64,000 bases of DNA from an uncultured Methanosarcinales archaeon (lineage in GTDB: Archaea > Nanobdellota > Nanobdellia > Woesearchaeales > ARS49). A program made the position numbers and the translations under genes. Numbering within the stretch: the stretch's first letter is position 1; each line of letters opens with the position of its first letter. The notes beneath the pieces were generated by a model. It was not told where the DNA came from. It saw only the letters and a program-made list of their open reading frames with translations, and searched no databases. Below are positions 1-9,790 of the stretch, in pieces. Where the stretch lies: assembly GCA_964637115.1 (NCBI GenBank), contig CAZWVL010000001.1, forward strand, positions 91,105 through 155,104. Direction: 5' to 3'.

Positions 1-246
1 AAGCAGCTGCCCTATCTTGGAAAAGTGTTATGCGATGGAACTGCACGAGACGCAGCACACGCAACACTGGCAAAAGTAATAGAAAACGATTTCAACCTGG
101 TGGAATACACGGTAGAACAGAGCAACTGCCCTGAAGCAGGACGGGCAAGCCTGCAGAAAGCGCAGGAAAACTTTGCAATCGGAGAATACGAGATAATGCT
201 TGATTATCTGAAAGCTGCAGTAATGCAGGCAAGTGCGTGCGCATGA
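1..246 (+). CDS. 3' end of a hypothetical protein (begins before the window)
   Basis: Frame is open from base 1; its TGA overlaps the ATG of the next gene (ATGA at 243-246). Confidence 0.6.
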   Translation, partial: KQLPYLGKVLCDGTARDAAHATLAKVIENDFNLVEYTVEQSNCPEAGRASLQKAQENFAIGEYEIMLDYLKAAVMQASACA

Positions 247-809
247 AATTCTCGAAGTTTGAAATAAAAGAAATAGTGAAAGCCTGGATAGGAGTATCTT
301 TAGTGTTTGCCATAGCGATGGCCGGCTTGAAGGGGCTGGTTGTTGCGCTGCCAATTGCTTTAGTAACAGGCGGAATAGGATTTCTGCTTCACGAATTAGC
401 ACACAAATATGTCGCACAAAAATACAAGTGCTGGGCAGAATTCAGAGCGAATAATTCAGCATTGCTCATTGGATTATTGCTGAGTTTCTTTGGATTTATT
501 TTACTGGCGCCAGGCGGAGTGTACATCCACGGAGCAAACAGAAACCAGCACGGAAAGATAGCGCTTGCAGGGCCGTTGACGAATGTTATACTTGCGCTGC
601 TCTTTTTTGGACTAACAACAATAGTTTCAACACCGTTGATGACTGCAACTGCAAAATACGGATTTCAGATAAATGCATTCTTAGGAGTCTTTAATTTAAT
701 ACCGGTTTTGCCATTTGACGGTAGAGCTGTTTGGCAGTGGAATCGCGCGGTGTATCTGCTAACAGTTGCGGCGGCGGGGATTCTGACATTTTTTTCATTA
801 GCAGCTTAG
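243..809 (+). CDS. Site-2 protease (M50) family intramembrane zinc metalloprotease
   Basis: HELAH zinc motif in a hydrophobic segment, LAGP, and NLIPVLPFDG (NxxPxxxxDG) motif; multiple TM segments. Confidence 0.92.
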   Translation: MKFSKFEIKEIVKAWIGVSLVFAIAMAGLKGLVVALPIALVTGGIGFLLHELAHKYVAQKYKCWAEFRANNSALLIGLLLSFFGFILLAPGGVYIHGANRNQHGKIALAGPLTNVILALLFFGLTTIVSTPLMTATAKYGFQINAFLGVFNLIPVLPFDGRAVWQWNRAVYLLTVAAAGILTFFSLAA

Positions 810-1137
810 CAATTCTCGCTTCGTATGCTTTAAGCTTCTCCCGGTCAGTATTGAACAACTGAATCCACTGTTGAATATTGCGCTCGCCCTTATCCTGAAC
901 CTTCACTGCAGCATACCTTAATGCGTCATACGCTTCACCGATATCCTTGATCAAATCTTCACTAGTACGAAAATCAACAAGCACGTATAATTCAACAGTC
1001 TTGTTTGTCCTGATTTCAAGATTGATGCAGGGTAGACCATTTGGAAGAGAATAATCCGGATTCTGGTCAACGTACTCGGCATGATCATTATGTTGTGCAA
1101 TAATTTTGTCAATACAGTCCAGCTTATTCATCTTCAC
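691..1137 (-). CDS. Hypothetical protein
   Basis: 148-aa ORF directly downstream of the TPR gene on the same strand; its 3' end overlaps the M50 gene convergently by 119 nt. Confidence 0.55.
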   Translation of the reverse strand: MKMNKLDCIDKIIAQHNDHAEYVDQNPDYSLPNGLPCINLEIRTNKTVELYVLVDFRTSEDLIKDIGEAYDALRYAAVKVQDKGERNIQQWIQLFNTDREKLKAYEARIAKLLMKKMSESPPPQLLADTPRDSTAKQLYRQMAKPVLN

Positions 1138-2220
1138 TCACTTCTTGCGTAATTCCTTAAGCATTTCGTAAACTTTTTCTCCGTCATCAATTCCAATAAG
1201 CTTCTTCTTAATTACAGAAAAATGATAGACATTCTCAAGTTTGCCAAGACCATCGTTTAATCCCCTGTTAATTTCTTCAAAAGCGGAATCAAACCTTTTA
1301 AACGCCTTCAAGCGCTGTTCATCATTTTCTGCAGCAAGTAAATCAAAACTACCCGCAAAGAAACATTCATATTGAGCCAAAAACCAATCGCGTTCCAAAT
1401 ATTTTTCCTTCGTCATTTCCTTGGCCCACCGATACTTGGAAATTTCATATAAGAAATCAGCTGCTTTCAGTTTGTCCTCTCTTGTGGTGGCTTCTATCTT
1501 CAATCTAGTATTCACTGCACGCGCCTCTTTGTATGACAATTCCATTCCAGCAGCAATCAGTTCCAGCTTTTTATCGGCATTTCCGGGAAGCTTATTCAGT
1601 TCTTCCATCGCTCTTCCAGGCTGTTTACCTCCAGCACATGCACCCCAAAGACTCAAGTAAGAACGAGTATCATCTGGTTTTAATGTCACGCATTGGCGAA
1701 AGGCAGGCAACGCCTTGTCGTATTCTTTGAAGCGGCAATGAGTTGTTCCGAGGTAAAGCCACAATTCTGCATCATCTTGCTTGGCTGTAGTCGCAGCCTC
1801 CAAATGAGAAATGGCATCCTTGTACATTTGCATGGACAATTTTGATGCTTGTTCAGCTGATTCAATGCCATATGCATCTGTCAAAAGTTTCTTGCCTAAA
1901 GGAGGCAGCAACTCATAAGCGTGCAGTCCCTGAGCGGCTTTAAAAGTTTCGCGAGCAAGCTTGTCCTGCATTCTTAACAGGACTTCCTTGTGCTTATTGT
2001 CATTTGAAAGCTTGACTACCTGCTTGTATAGTTCAGTTGCTTTCTCCCTGCTGCTCGGCTGATCGATCTTGTACTGCTGATTTTCACTCCACAACTTTTT
2101 TGATTTCTCAACAAGCGCTTCAATGTCTTCCTGAAAAATCACGTGCCGGTCTATCGGCAAATTGGTATAATTATGAGGAAGAAAAGCAAGCGACGCCGCA
2201 ATAAGTTCCTTAAGTCCCAT
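1138..2220 (-). CDS. TPR-repeat protein
   Basis: TPR-like helices AELWLYLGTTHCRFKEYDKALPAFRQCVTLKPDD; all-helical character. Confidence 0.75.
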   Translation of the reverse strand: MGLKELIAASLAFLPHNYTNLPIDRHVIFQEDIEALVEKSKKLWSENQQYKIDQPSSREKATELYKQVVKLSNDNKHKEVLLRMQDKLARETFKAAQGLHAYELLPPLGKKLLTDAYGIESAEQASKLSMQMYKDAISHLEAATTAKQDDAELWLYLGTTHCRFKEYDKALPAFRQCVTLKPDDTRSYLSLWGACAGGKQPGRAMEELNKLPGNADKKLELIAAGMELSYKEARAVNTRLKIEATTREDKLKAADFLYEISKYRWAKEMTKEKYLERDWFLAQYECFFAGSFDLLAAENDEQRLKAFKRFDSAFEEINRGLNDGLGKLENVYHFSVIKKKLIGIDDGEKVYEMLKELRKK

Positions 2221-2778
2221 TTGCACCCACTAATAGACGAGGAAATAGGTCTGTTTTTAAAGCTTTTGACCAATTTGTCAGAAAGTATTAATAGACGTGT
2301 GTGTAGTAGTGGCTGGGGTGTGAAAGTGACGACATACTGGTTTCCGTTGCCGCAAAAAAGAGCTTCCGATGACAAGTTTGCAAAACTCCGAAAACAGGGA
2401 GAAATCTATGTGCTCCGGCGAAAAATTCTTCAGGTTTTGTCGTCAGACTGCGACGTGCCTGTAAGCTTTGACCCAACAACAAAATCACTAACTGCACTCC
2501 TGCGCGGAAAAGACGGGAAAGACAATCTTTACATATCAACAGATGGACGAGAACTTGAACATTTGCAACGATTAGAATTAGCTGATGGAAAGAAAAGAAG
2601 CCATATTGAATACATGCGCGCACTAAAGGCAATTGTCATCGAGCGGCTGAATGCACGCGGGCTGACCTACCGTGATTTGCTGTTTGCAGATACCTGCAAT
2701 ATTCCTAAGGTCTACCGAGGCGTATTTGAACTATCAATTGACAGAATAGTGGACAAGTACTTTCTTTCACCAGAATAA
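2173..2778 (+). CDS. Hypothetical protein (start uncertain)
   Basis: About 200-aa ORF filling the gap before lhr; no recognisable motif. Confidence 0.55.
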   Translation: MRKKSKRRRNKFLKSHLHPLIDEEIGLFLKLLTNLSESINRRVCSSGWGVKVTTYWFPLPQKRASDDKFAKLRKQGEIYVLRRKILQVLSSDCDVPVSFDPTTKSLTALLRGKDGKDNLYISTDGRELEHLQRLELADGKKRSHIEYMRALKAIVIERLNARGLTYRDLLFADTCNIPKVYRGVFELSIDRIVDKYFLSPE

Positions 2779-2864
2779 TGTCCACTGGACAAGTTCTCGC
2801 ATAAGCTTTTTATAGCGTCTGTAAGATTAGAGTGGTAGAACAACAGCTATTAATTATTTTCAAT

Positions 2865-5800
2865 ATGGAAAATAATAAAACATTGACGTGGAAAGAGAAA
2901 CCAAATACGGCAGCAGAAGTAGATACAATACTCACACCAACAGTCAAAAAATGGTTTTATTCCAGATTTCCAAACTATTCTTTGCCACAGCTGTATGGCG
3001 TTCTTGAGATACATTCACGCAACAACATCATTGTTTCAGCGCCTACAGGTGCAACAAAGACACTAACTGGATTTCTTTCTATTTTAAACGAGCTTGTTGA
3101 CTCAGCAGAAAAAGGAGTTTTGCAAGACAAAGTTTATGCGGTCTATATTTCACCTTTGAAAGCACTGTCAAACGACATTTCCAAGAACTTGAAAGAACCG
3201 CTTGAACAAATAGAACAAATTGCCGGCAAAAGTTTAGGCATTCGAGTTGGTGTTCGCACAGGCGATACAACTGCCACAGAGAAAAGCAAGATGCTCAAGC
3301 ATCCGCCGCACATTTTAATCACTACGCCAGAAAGTTTGTGCATAATGATGACCTCTATGAAGTTCAGAGAGCATCTGAAAGGAGTAGAATGGTGCATTGT
3401 AGACGAAATACACGCGCTTGCAGAAAACAAAAGAGGAGTAGACCTTTCTTTATCACTCGAACGCCTGCAGCACTTGTCTGCTGGAATGTGCAGGATAGGT
3501 CTTTCAGCAACAGTAGCGCCAATAGACCAAATTGCGCAGTACCTTGTCGGCAATGGAAGATCATGCAAGATAATAGAAATTCAGTTCTTGAAGAATTTAG
3601 ACTTGAAAGTGCTTTCTCCTGTTGACAATTTAATTGACACGCCCCACGGTATTGCCCACCACGCGATGTACACGCTCATTGACGAATTAATCCAGCAGCA
3701 CAAGACAACACTGGTGTTTACTAACACACGTGCAGCAACTGAGCGCGTTGTAGATCACCTGAAAACACGATTTCCGAGCAAATATGTAGGAAACATTGGA
3801 GCGCATCACGGCAGCATGAGCAAAAGAATGCGTCTTGAAATCGAGGATAAACTACGAAAAGGAGAATTGAAAGCAGTTGTCTGCTCAACATCACTCGAAC
3901 TGGGCATTGACATTGGTTACATTGACTTAGTTATTTGCCTTGGCTCTCCAAAATCAGTTGCAAGATTCCTTCAAAGAGCCGGCAGAAGCGGGCACAAACT
4001 CCACGAAACAGTCAAAGCACGCATAATCGTAATGGACCGAGATGATTTAGTTGAATGTGCAGTATTATTGAAAAGCGCCATAGAGAAGAAAATAGACAAA
4101 GTACACATTCCTTGTAATGCACTTGACGTTCTTGCGCAACAATTATTGGGAATGGCGCTGGAAGAGGTCTGGGAAGAAAAAGAGCTCTACAAAGTCGTAA
4201 AACAAAGCTACTGCTACAAAGACCTGAAACTGAACGATTTCAACCAAATTCTCAGCTATCTTGCAGGAGAGTTTGTAGATCTTGAAGACAGACACATCTA
4301 TGCAAAGATTTGGCGCCAAGACGGCAAAATAGGAAAGAAAGGCAAGATGACAAGAGTCATCTACATGATGAATATCGGCACGATTCCAGACGAATCGTTC
4401 ATCACCGTAAAAGTAGGCACGGAAACAGTCGGCATGCTCGACGAAGGATTTGTAGAACGAATGAAACCAGGCGATGTGTTTGTACTTGGTGGAGACACGT
4501 ACATGTTCAAGTTCACCCGCGGAATGGTGGCGCAAGTCTCAACTTCCGTGAATAGGCCCCCGACAGTACCCCGCTGGGCTTCAGAAATGCTGCCATTAAG
4601 CTTTGACCTGGCAAATGAAATTGGCAGATTCAGACGATTAATGATGGAGAAGTTCACATCCGGCGAGAATAAAGCAGCCATTCTGAAATTCATCAATGAA
4701 CATTTGTATGTCGATGACAAAGCAGCAAATGCCATCTATGAATATTTCAAAGAACAATACGATTACTGCAAGAAGATACCCAGCGACAAAACAATTCTGA
4801 TCGAATATTATGTTGATGAGCGCGATCAAAAAATAATCTTTCATTCCCTGTTTGGCAGGCGAGTCAATGATTGTTTGAGCAGAGCAGTCGCGTTCGCGCT
4901 TTCAAGAACAGAACACAAAGATGTTGAGTTAGGAATGAACGACAACGGCTTTTACATTAATGGAACCAGGAAACTGAACCCGATAAAAGCAATCAAACTA
5001 CTCAAAGCAGACAAGTTAAACATGGTGATGAGCACTGCTATAGAAAAAAGCGAAGTTTTCAAAAGGCGCTTCAGGCACTGCGCGACACGTTCACTAATGA
5101 TATTGCGCAATTACATGGGACATCAGAAAAGAGTAGGAAGGCAGCAGGTAAGCTCGATGATATTGATGAGCGCATTAAAACAACTTGATCCGGAATTTGC
5201 AATTCTCAATGAAGCAAAAAGAGAATGTTTGGAAGACGTGATGGACATCGAGAATACAAAAAAAATATTGCACGGCATTGAAGACGGCACAATCAAACTT
5301 GTTGAGATAGAAACAAAGATTCCATCTCCATTCGCTTTGAATTTGGCGCTTATGGGTTATATGGACGTGTTGCGTATAGAAGACAAATATGAATTCCTGC
5401 GCAGGATGCACGAGCAGATTCTGGCGAAAATCTCCGGCAAGGAAGCAAAAGCAGTCAGCGGAAGCTCATTTGTAGAAAAATCACGTGGAGAACGCAATGA
5501 ATTCAAAGAAATCTTGAAACGAGAAGCATGGAATTTGAAAAAAGTTCCAAAATTCGCCAAAGCAGAGCTCGTGCGCGTTATTGACGGCGAACGAAGCAAC
5601 ATAGACCCGCGATTTATTGAGGGCATCAACACATACCGCGCCGAAATTGAAGCGAACTGGCCTGAAGAGCTGAAAAAGTTTTTATTTACTGTTTTGAACG
5701 ACCTGAAAACAGGAGATTTCTCCTACCAAGACTTTTGGAATGAAGAAAGCGCAAAAGAAGAAGAAAAAGTAGAGTTAGAGAAGCAGGAACTATTTGAGCA

Positions 5801-5999
5801 GTTCAACGAAGCAGCGAAAAGAGCAAAATTAGACCCGCAAATACGCTATGACGTCTACAAGATGATTGCAGGAGACAAGGAAGGCTTCAGAGATGATACT
5901 TTAAAATGGCTCAAACAGCTGTTCTCCAAAACAGTTTCGTCAATGTGGAAGGACGATATAGCCAAGTTTTTACAGAAAAAATTAAAAGAGCTGGCATAA
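2865..5999 (+). CDS. lhr: Lhr-family SF2 ATP-dependent helicase with an extra C-terminal tandem helical repeat
   Basis: Motif I SAPTGATKT, SPLKAL, VRTGDT, DEIH, GLSAT, HHGS, LELGIDIG and QRAGRSGH; downstream Lhr winged-helix and domain 4 (FGRRVN, SPFA). Confidence 0.93.
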   Translation: MENNKTLTWKEKPNTAAEVDTILTPTVKKWFYSRFPNYSLPQLYGVLEIHSRNNIIVSAPTGATKTLTGFLSILNELVDSAEKGVLQDKVYAVYISPLKALSNDISKNLKEPLEQIEQIAGKSLGIRVGVRTGDTTATEKSKMLKHPPHILITTPESLCIMMTSMKFREHLKGVEWCIVDEIHALAENKRGVDLSLSLERLQHLSAGMCRIGLSATVAPIDQIAQYLVGNGRSCKIIEIQFLKNLDLKVLSPVDNLIDTPHGIAHHAMYTLIDELIQQHKTTLVFTNTRAATERVVDHLKTRFPSKYVGNIGAHHGSMSKRMRLEIEDKLRKGELKAVVCSTSLELGIDIGYIDLVICLGSPKSVARFLQRAGRSGHKLHETVKARIIVMDRDDLVECAVLLKSAIEKKIDKVHIPCNALDVLAQQLLGMALEEVWEEKELYKVVKQSYCYKDLKLNDFNQILSYLAGEFVDLEDRHIYAKIWRQDGKIGKKGKMTRVIYMMNIGTIPDESFITVKVGTETVGMLDEGFVERMKPGDVFVLGGDTYMFKFTRGMVAQVSTSVNRPPTVPRWASEMLPLSFDLANEIGRFRRLMMEKFTSGENKAAILKFINEHLYVDDKAANAIYEYFKEQYDYCKKIPSDKTILIEYYVDERDQKIIFHSLFGRRVNDCLSRAVAFALSRTEHKDVELGMNDNGFYINGTRKLNPIKAIKLLKADKLNMVMSTAIEKSEVFKRRFRHCATRSLMILRNYMGHQKRVGRQQVSSMILMSALKQLDPEFAILNEAKRECLEDVMDIENTKKILHGIEDGTIKLVEIETKIPSPFALNLALMGYMDVLRIEDKYEFLRRMHEQILAKISGKEAKAVSGSSFVEKSRGERNEFKEILKREAWNLKKVPKFAKAELVRVIDGERSNIDPRFIEGINTYRAEIEANWPEELKKFLFTVLNDLKTGDFSYQDFWNEESAKEEEKVELEKQELFEQFNEAAKRAKLDPQIRYDVYKMIAGDKEGFRDDTLKWLKQLFSKTVSSMWKDDIAKFLQKKLKELA

Positions 6000-6007
6000 A
6001 ATCATAT

Positions 6008-6883
6008 ATGATGATCACTGTAGTGGGTGCAGGCAAGTTCGGGCAGGCTATTTCCAAATTACTTGGCCAGAACAAGCACCAAATGGTAGACGTAGAGAAA
6101 GACGGTACGTATTCTTCTGATACTGTTGAAAAAATCAAGAAATCAGACAAATTAATCATATGCGTGCCAAGTCCCTTTTTGCAGGATTGCACAAACATGC
6201 TCTCAGGCATAATCAAGCCGGACGCAAAAATACTTTCCTGCACAAAAGGCATTTATGACAATTTGAAAACACCATCAGAAATTATCAAAGAACAACTTGC
6301 AAACCCGGTTGCGGCATTAATGGGGCCAAATCTTGCAGCCGAAATAATGCAAAACAAGCCGGCAATAGCAGTCATTGCAGGAGACAATTCACACGAATGG
6401 GCAAGCTACTTTAACAGCACAACATTCAAAGCAATTGCTGAAACAGACATTGTCGGAATAGAATTCGGTGGAGCAATCAAGAACGTTGTTGCTTTAGGAG
6501 CAGGATTGCTTGACGGATATTATGAAAAGGACACTTGCAACTCAATGGGAAGTTTTGTGGCATTTGCATTGCGCGAAATACAGCATTTGTATGAACACAA
6601 ATCAAGCTCAACAATACCAGAATTAAGTTTTATCGGCGATTTATTTGCAACCTGCATGTCAGAAAATTCCAGAAACCACCAGTTTGGACACCAATTCGGC
6701 AGTGTTTTGCGGGAAGGAAAGCCAACACCAAAGCCGGAGCAGACAGTTGAAGGATATAGGACGTTGCAAATTGTGCAAACATATGCTGAGAAAAACAAGA
6801 TAACAATGCCGACGATAACTGCACTATACAATGTATTCTTCAGAAATGGAAAAATTGAGAATATCATAGAGAGTTGGAGATAA
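6008..6883 (+). CDS. gpsA: NAD(P)H-dependent glycerol-3-phosphate dehydrogenase (bacterial GpsA type)
   Basis: VVGAGKFG Rossmann loop, MGPNLAAEI, EFGGAIKNVVALGAG (catalytic Lys), GDLFATC-x-SENSRN and TVEG. Confidence 0.9.
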   Translation: MMITVVGAGKFGQAISKLLGQNKHQMVDVEKDGTYSSDTVEKIKKSDKLIICVPSPFLQDCTNMLSGIIKPDAKILSCTKGIYDNLKTPSEIIKEQLANPVAALMGPNLAAEIMQNKPAIAVIAGDNSHEWASYFNSTTFKAIAETDIVGIEFGGAIKNVVALGAGLLDGYYEKDTCNSMGSFVAFALREIQHLYEHKSSSTIPELSFIGDLFATCMSENSRNHQFGHQFGSVLREGKPTPKPEQTVEGYRTLQIVQTYAEKNKITMPTITALYNVFFRNGKIENIIESWR

Positions 6884-6885
6884 AA

Positions 6886-8049
6886 ATGTATACGAAAATA
6901 TTAGCAACGGCAAGTTACGTTCCTGAAACCAGACGCACAAATGCAGATTTGGAAAAAATGGTTGATACAACAGATGAATGGATAATGGACCGTGTTGGCA
7001 TAAAAGAAAGACGAATATCCAAACCACACGAAAGCCATGCGTTCATGGCAACACAATCGGTAATGAAAGTTGTTGAAAAAGCAGGCATACATCCAAGACA
7101 AGCAAGCATAATTCTAACAGGAAACACGCACGTACAAGGACTAATACCGCCAAAATCGCCCCAATGGGCGCTGGGGCCAAACATGGCAGCATATGATGTC
7201 GTTGCGGACAACACGAGCGGTATTGTTGAGTCAGCAAGAAACCTTTTCAGAACACTTTCAATACGAGGGGACACCAGCTATACAGGAGAAGTAAGCGGAC
7301 AGCTTGGACAAGGAGTAATTTATCATCACCAGCAAACAGGCCTTTCACAAGTCATAGCCAAAGAACTTGGAATGAACTCAAAATTCTCATTCGACGTAAT
7401 AACGGGCTGCGCCTCATTCAATTATGGATTAGCCCTCGCAGACACTCTTGTAAAAAAAACATATCCAGAATACGTTGTAGTAGCGGCTGTTGACAAATTG
7501 CTTGGCATCACAAATCCGAAAGACAGGTCAACAATCATATTATTTGGAGAGCTGGCAGGAGCAGCACTGATTGGACCAAGCAAGCAGGAAGGATTCATAT
7601 CACACCACTTAGAAACAGAAGGCAAGCTAAAAGACACGATAGCGATAAAACAAGAGCCGGGATGGGACAAGCCATACTTCTGGCAGGACGGCAAGGCAGT
7701 TTACAAGTGGGCAGTGCCAAAAATAGTTGAACTGACACGAAAAGCTGTTGAAGAAACACGCGACATTGGCGGCAACAGATTGTTTATAGTTCCCCACCAG
7801 GCAAACCCGCGAATGGTTGAAACGGCAAAAAAGAATACTGTTTTCAAAAATGTCTATGCAACCATTGTAACAGGAGACATGTTCGGAAACAGCTCGACAG
7901 CCTCCATAGCACACGCGCTTGATGTGTTATTGACAGAAGGCGTGCAGGTCAACGGCCACAAAGCAAAACCAGAAAAAGGCGACTACATCGGCATACTTGG
8001 ATTTGGAGCGGGATTGTCGTCAGCTGTCAATGTGTACCGCTGCGCTTAA
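6886..8049 (+). CDS. fabH: 3-oxoacyl-ACP synthase III (KAS III) family protein with an internal insertion
   Basis: N-terminal SYVPE...TNADLEKMVDTTDEWIMDRVGIKERRI; Cys-His-Asn triad GCASF / PHQAN / GNSSTAS; C-terminal GFGAGLS. Confidence 0.88.
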   Translation: MYTKILATASYVPETRRTNADLEKMVDTTDEWIMDRVGIKERRISKPHESHAFMATQSVMKVVEKAGIHPRQASIILTGNTHVQGLIPPKSPQWALGPNMAAYDVVADNTSGIVESARNLFRTLSIRGDTSYTGEVSGQLGQGVIYHHQQTGLSQVIAKELGMNSKFSFDVITGCASFNYGLALADTLVKKTYPEYVVVAAVDKLLGITNPKDRSTIILFGELAGAALIGPSKQEGFISHHLETEGKLKDTIAIKQEPGWDKPYFWQDGKAVYKWAVPKIVELTRKAVEETRDIGGNRLFIVPHQANPRMVETAKKNTVFKNVYATIVTGDMFGNSSTASIAHALDVLLTEGVQVNGHKAKPEKGDYIGILGFGAGLSSAVNVYRCA

Positions 8050-8079
8050 TTTATAAACTGTTAATTGTCAATTCAATAA

Positions 8080-9273
8080 ATGAATATTAAGTTCAATATT
8101 CCTTTAATGTATGCAATTGCGTCTTTGATGTGGGCGCGATTCTTCCTTCCCGTGCTTGCATTATTCTATATTGCATCTCAAGTGTCCATTGAACAATTCA
8201 CTATCATCATGGGCGCGTTTGCGCTCGCGAACTTCATTCTTGAAATTCCAACCGGCGTTATTGCTGACTTGATTGGAAAGAAAAAGACACTTTTGATAGG
8301 ACGCTCCATGTATGTTATTGAAATTTTGATAATTGCATTTATGAATGGCTTCTGGCCTTTTCTTATTGCAAAAGTTATCAGTGGTATTGCCGTTAGTTTT
8401 GTCTCCGGAGCAAATGAAGCGATGCTCTATGACACTCTGAAAAAGCAGGGGAGAGTCCACGAACACAAGAAAGTCACGGGCATTATGTTCACGCTCACCA
8501 ACATATCAATGGCATTTGTGTTCATTATTGGCGCTTATTTGTTCTCAATCAACAATAAATTGCCTGCGTTCGTGTCGTTGCCTTTTATCGTCGTTGGCGT
8601 CATACTCACCTGCTTTTTGCAGGAACCTTACAAAAGCAAAAAGAAGGCGACGTTTACAAATGCCTGGCTCCACTTCAAAGAAGGATTGGCGTGTGTCCGG
8701 CACAACCCTGTCCTGAAATACCTCATCGCGTTCTCCATGGTTATCGTAGCACTTATTGACATTAACACGTCCGTCTCATCGGCTTATTTCGAGAAGATTC
8801 TCATTCCAGTAGCATATATCGGCGCGGTTGCATTTGCCGCAAGTATGCTCATTGCATTAGTAAGCAGAAAAGTTCACACGCTCGAACACCGAATCGGAGA
8901 CAAGCGCAGCCTTCAATTGATACTCGCGCTCATGATACTCGGTATGCTGCTCATGTCGTTGCTTATTCAATATTATGGCGTTTTGTTTTATTTCATTATC
9001 TCAATATCTGTTGGCTTCTATTTCGTCCTTGTCAATCATTATGTCAATGTGCACGTTGACACGGCACATCGCGCAACAATAATTTCTATAAAGCACATGG
9101 CGGTCCAACTGGCCGCATTTCTTCTGTTTCCGATGTTCGGACATGTTACGAAGAAATATTCGATGGGAACCGCATACTGGGCATTCGGCATATTTTTAGT
9201 TGCATATTCAGTATTCTTGTATTTGTATTCACGTAATATAAAAATAGGTGGATTAAACGAGAAAACTGCTTAA
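8080..9273 (+). CDS. MFS transporter
   Basis: About 12 hydrophobic segments; MFS motif A EIPTGVIADLIGKKKT; SGANEAMLYD; RATIIS. Confidence 0.9.
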   Translation: MNIKFNIPLMYAIASLMWARFFLPVLALFYIASQVSIEQFTIIMGAFALANFILEIPTGVIADLIGKKKTLLIGRSMYVIEILIIAFMNGFWPFLIAKVISGIAVSFVSGANEAMLYDTLKKQGRVHEHKKVTGIMFTLTNISMAFVFIIGAYLFSINNKLPAFVSLPFIVVGVILTCFLQEPYKSKKKATFTNAWLHFKEGLACVRHNPVLKYLIAFSMVIVALIDINTSVSSAYFEKILIPVAYIGAVAFAASMLIALVSRKVHTLEHRIGDKRSLQLILALMILGMLLMSLLIQYYGVLFYFIISISVGFYFVLVNHYVNVHVDTAHRATIISIKHMAVQLAAFLLFPMFGHVTKKYSMGTAYWAFGIFLVAYSVFLYLYSRNIKIGGLNEKTA

Positions 9274-9293
9274 AACAAAATACTGCAAAGAAA

Positions 9294-9737
9294 TCAGCGA
9301 TTATCAGGCCGAGATGATTCTGCGTTTATTTTATCATCAATCGTGACAGACTCTCCTGTAATTTCCTGCGCCTTTTGTTCTACCACGTTTTTATATTTCA
9401 TCATATAATCCAAAACATTTTTTTTGCGCTTCTTGACAGGAGCTGTTTGAACAAAATTGTCAGAACTAGGAATCATTTCTACCGCAGTCCTAAGTGTTGC
9501 GTTAATTCCAAATCCAAGAGCGATTACAAAAGGCACTGCAACCATATACCAGCGCTTGCCAATGGCTGTCTCGTACACAAAATTCGCTGTTGCTTTGTAC
9601 GCACGCGCAACTGAATCAACCGTAACGTTGGCATATCTTGTTACATCATTATGAAATTTCTCAGCATCAACACCTAAGAATATCGACTCTTCGTGAGGTT
9701 TCCACTCTCTGCCTCCTGTGTAAATCCCTGTCTTCAC
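9294..9737 (-). CDS. Hypothetical single-pass membrane protein
   Basis: 147-aa ORF with one hydrophobic stretch (WYMVAVPFVIALGFGI). Confidence 0.6.
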   Translation of the reverse strand: MKTGIYTGGREWKPHEESIFLGVDAEKFHNDVTRYANVTVDSVARAYKATANFVYETAIGKRWYMVAVPFVIALGFGINATLRTAVEMIPSSDNFVQTAPVKKRKKNVLDYMMKYKNVVEQKAQEITGESVTIDDKINAESSRPDNR

Positions 9738-9790
9738 ACCCTTCTTTAAAACAACAGGCTTTTTAAATATGATGACCTAAATATGTCAAC

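Noticed and set aside
691-809. 119-nt convergent overlap as a functional antisense feature
   Set aside because: Most simply a read-through tail of a hypothetical ORF; nothing else supports a function.
5906-6007. Long lhr/gpsA overlap implied by the ORF track
   Set aside because: The GpsA Rossmann motif begins right after ATG 6008, just past the lhr stop.
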